NCBI GenBank assembly: GCA_963668695.2
Contig: CAXXLQ010000004.1
Location: 3,040,001 to 3,104,000, forward strand
DNA: 64,000 bases
Direction of reading: 5' to 3'
DNA from: Vicinamibacteria bacterium
GTDB taxonomy: Bacteria > Acidobacteriota > Vicinamibacteria > Marinacidobacterales > Marinacidobacteraceae
Shown: positions 61,230-64,000 of the stretch, piece after piece
Layout: each line of letters starts with the position of its first letter
Numbering within the stretch: position 1 is the stretch's first letter
Program-made: the position numbers and the translations under genes
Notes under the pieces: generated by a model
Told to the model about the DNA's origin: nothing
What the model saw: the letters and a program-made list of their open reading frames with translations, nothing else
Databases searched by the model: none

Positions 61230-64000
61230 TTGTACTTTCCTCTTTTCTGCAAGAGCAACGCTTCCTTCCTGGAAGGGGCGAGTCATCCTGAAGAACTGAT
61301 CGAGGAGGCCCACGCCCTCGGTCTTCCCGGGATTGCACTCACCGACCGGAACGGCCTGTACGGAGCCGTCAAGGCTCATGTCGCGGCACGGGAGCGGGGT
61401 ATCCGGTTGGTACTCGGCGCCGAAACATCGGTGGCGGCGGCCGCAACCGGAGGAGGCAGGCCAAGCGAACAGGGAAGCATCCTCCTGCTCGCCCGGAACC
61501 GGACCGGTTACCGGAATCTGTGCCGGCTCCTGACCCGGGGGCTGTTACGAGGCCCCGGCGCCGTCTCTGACAAAGACCCGAAGGGGAATTCCCTGGGCAT
61601 CCAATCCGGAACGGGCGGACCACCATCCCGTAAGGGAACCGCCGGCGTTTCCTGGGAAGAGATCGCTTCTCATGCCGAAGGGCTTCACGCACTCTGGGGA
61701 GGAGGCGTCTCCGCCCTCAAGCAGGAAACCCCTCCCGAGAAGCCGGCGCACCTGCTCCGGGAGGCTTTCGGGGAAAACATCCATGTCCTCATTACCCGGC
61801 ACCGGGCTGACAACGACGTTCCAGCAGAGGCCCTTCTTCGCCAGCGGGCGAAGCAGTACCGGATCCCGATAGCCGCCGCTACCGAGGTGCTCTACCACCG
61901 TCCGGGACGCCGGGAACTGCAGGATGTGCTCACGGCCATCCGTCACGGCGTGCCACTTCAGGGTGCCGGACGGCGTCTTCGTCCGAACGCGGAGCACTAC
62001 CTGCTTTCCCCTGCCCTATTCGCCGAACTCTTCGCCGACGATCCGGTCGCGGTCGCCCGAACCCTGGAAATCGCCGAGACCTGCCGCTTCTCGCTCGACG
62101 AACTCCGTTACCGATACCCCGCCGAGGATCTTCCCGGGGGCATGAATTCTTCAGCGCGACTCCGGGAACTGACGTTCGCAGGCGCAGCCGAGCGTTATCC
62201 CAGCGGCATTCCACCGGCGGTCAGACAGCAACTGGAAAAGGAACTGGCGCTGATCCGTGAGCTCGACTACGGCGGTTACTTCCTCACCATGGTCGAGATC
62301 GTGCGGTTTTGTCGTGAGCAGGAAATCCTCTGCCAGGGACGGGGCTCGGCAGCAAACTCGGCCGTCTGCTACTGCCTCGGCATCACTGCGGTGGACCCGG
62401 TGCGAATGGGACTTCTATTTGAGCGATTCCTGTCCCGCGAGCGCGCCGAGCCACCCGATATTGACCTGGACATCATGCATTCGCGGCGGGAAGAGGTCAT
62501 CCAGTTCCTGTACCGCAAGTACGGTGAGGGACGCGCCGCCATGGTGGCCAACACCGTCTGTTATCGGACCCGGTCGGCAATCCGGGAGGTGGGCAAGGCG
62601 CTCGGATTTTCCGAGCGATCCGTGGATCGCCTGGCCCGCGCTTTTTCTCATCACGAACCACTCTCGAGTGACCGGTTGTCCGCTGCCGGCTGGTCTTCGG
62701 AGGGACCAGCAGCCCACCATCTCCTCCGTCTCGCAAACGAGATCCAGGGGTTTCCGCGACACCTCTCGATTCATCCCGGCGGATTCCTTCTCGGAGAGGA
62801 GCCGGTCTCTCACATCGTGCCCGTCGAAAACGCCGCGATGGAGGGAAGAACGGTCATCCAGTGGAACAAGGACGACATCGAGGAACTGGGCCTTTTCAAG
62901 GTGGATCTGCTGGGACTCGGAGCCCTGACCCAACTGGATCTCTGTTTCCGGATGCTCCGGAACTCACGGGGGCTCGATATCTCCATGGCCAGCATCCCCG
63001 CCGGCGATCCGGAAACTTTCGCGATGATCCGGAATGCCGCAACCATCGGTGTTTTCCAGATCGAAAGCCGGGCCCAAATGGCCATGCTGCCGCGACTTCA
63101 GCCCCGGAACTACTACGACCTGGTGATTGAAGTGAGCATCGTTCGGCCCGGGCCCATCGCCGGAGGAATGGTGCATCCCTACCTCCGCCGCCGCCGGGGG
63201 GAAGAAGCGGTGGAATACCCTCACCCGTCCCTCCGGCCCGTTCTGGAAAAGACCCTTGGGGTACCGTTGTTTCAGGAACAGGTGATGCGGCTCGCGGTGG
63301 TCGCCGCCGACTACACCGCCGGCGAGGCCGATCAACTCCGCCGCGATATGGCTGCCTGGCGGCGCACTGGCCGGATGGAACGGCATCGGAGCCGCCTGCT
63401 TTCCCGGATGTGCGCCAAGGGGATCGCTCCCGAGTTCGCGAAACGCGTTTTCGAGCAGATTCAGGGATTTGGCGAGTACGGCTTTCCCGAAAGCCACGCC
63501 GCCAGTTTCGCTCTCATCAGCTATGCCGGCGCTTTCCTGCTCCGTCACTACCCGGCGGAGTTCGCATGTGCGCTGCTGAATGCGCAGCCGATGGGTTTTT
63601 ATGCTCCGGCAACAATCATCGAGGACGCCAAACGACGGGGAGTGCGCTTTCTTCCGGTGGATGTGACTGCGAGTAGCTGGGACTGTTCGCTGGTTACTGG
63701 CTCCACATCCTCCAGAGAAGCCGGGAAACCGGATGTCCGCATCGGCCTCCGCTACGTGAAGGGGCTCGGGTCCGTCGATGGAGAGAAGATCGTGGCGGCT
63801 CGCCGGGAGTCGCCCTTCTCTTCCATCGCCGCCTTGGCCCGCCGTACCGGTCTTGGGAAAAAGGTGATGGTTGCGCTTGCCGAGGCGGATGCACTCCAGA
63901 ACCTCGGGCCGAAAAACCGACGCGATGCGCTTTGGCAGGCGCTTGCGGCGACACCGGAAGACCCGCCCCTCCTGCGGGAAACCGTTCCCGACTTTGCCTC
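61230..64000 (+). CDS. dnaE2: Error-prone DNA polymerase DnaE2/ImuC (runs off window edge)
   Basis: Manual translation, frame spot-checked: [38 protein letters not shown]; absent from the ORF track because no stop falls in the window. Confidence 0.93.
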   Translation, partial: MYFPLFCKSNASFLEGASHPEELIEEAHALGLPGIALTDRNGLYGAVKAHVAARERGIRLVLGAETSVAAAATGGGRPSEQGSILLLARNRTGYRNLCRLLTRGLLRGPGAVSDKDPKGNSLGIQSGTGGPPSRKGTAGVSWEEIASHAEGLHALWGGGVSALKQETPPEKPAHLLREAFGENIHVLITRHRADNDVPAEALLRQRAKQYRIPIAAATEVLYHRPGRRELQDVLTAIRHGVPLQGAGRRLRPNAEHYLLSPALFAELFADDPVAVARTLEIAETCRFSLDELRYRYPAEDLPGGMNSSARLRELTFAGAAERYPSGIPPAVRQQLEKELALIRELDYGGYFLTMVEIVRFCREQEILCQGRGSAANSAVCYCLGITAVDPVRMGLLFERFLSRERAEPPDIDLDIMHSRREEVIQFLYRKYGEGRAAMVANTVCYRTRSAIREVGKALGFSERSVDRLARAFSHHEPLSSDRLSAAGWSSEGPAAHHLLRLANEIQGFPRHLSIHPGGFLLGEEPVSHIVPVENAAMEGRTVIQWNKDDIEELGLFKVDLLGLGALTQLDLCFRMLRNSRGLDISMASIPAGDPETFAMIRNAATIGVFQIESRAQMAMLPRLQPRNYYDLVIEVSIVRPGPIAGGMVHPYLRRRRGEEAVEYPHPSLRPVLEKTLGVPLFQEQVMRLAVVAADYTAGEADQLRRDMAAWRRTGRMERHRSRLLSRMCAKGIAPEFAKRVFEQIQGFGEYGFPESHAASFALISYAGAFLLRHYPAEFACALLNAQPMGFYAPATIIEDAKRRGVRFLPVDVTASSWDCSLVTGSTSSREAGKPDVRIGLRYVKGLGSVDGEKIVAARRESPFSSIAALARRTGLGKKVMVALAEADALQNLGPKNRRDALWQALAATPEDPPLLRETVPDFA

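Overview
High-GC chromosomal segment of a diderm bacterium. Gene content suggests Acidobacteriota, possibly host- or sponge-associated; this is inference. From left to right: a TonB-dependent receptor, YeiH, a frameshifted amidohydrolase, Tat-exported enzymes, a spondin protein, eight PQQ-like beta-propeller genes with an Fe-ADH and an S9 peptidase, a TAXI-TRAP transporter, a matrixin locus, an amidase, dacB, E1-alpha, a redox operon, parB-parA-BFN-miaB-recN, tolQRAB-pal-cpoB, a double-OB ssb, an IS1595 element and a lexA-imuA-imuB-dnaE2 cassette. The ORF track misses five things. (1) A dif site at 40289-40316, where KOPS-like GGGCAGGG octamers switch strand, preceded by a tandem array of XerC-arm-like half-sites. 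(2) A parAB pair with a non-canonical 16-20 bp palindrome only about 3.3 kb from dif, a candidate terminus-associated partition system. (3) Three selenoproteins split at in-frame TGA codons, each followed by a SECIS-like hairpin. (4) A MITE family with six copies, plus a fixed 20-nt module inserted at different positions and orientations in repeats. (5) A candidate LexA operator overlapping a leaderless promoter. All counts are manual; no searches were run.
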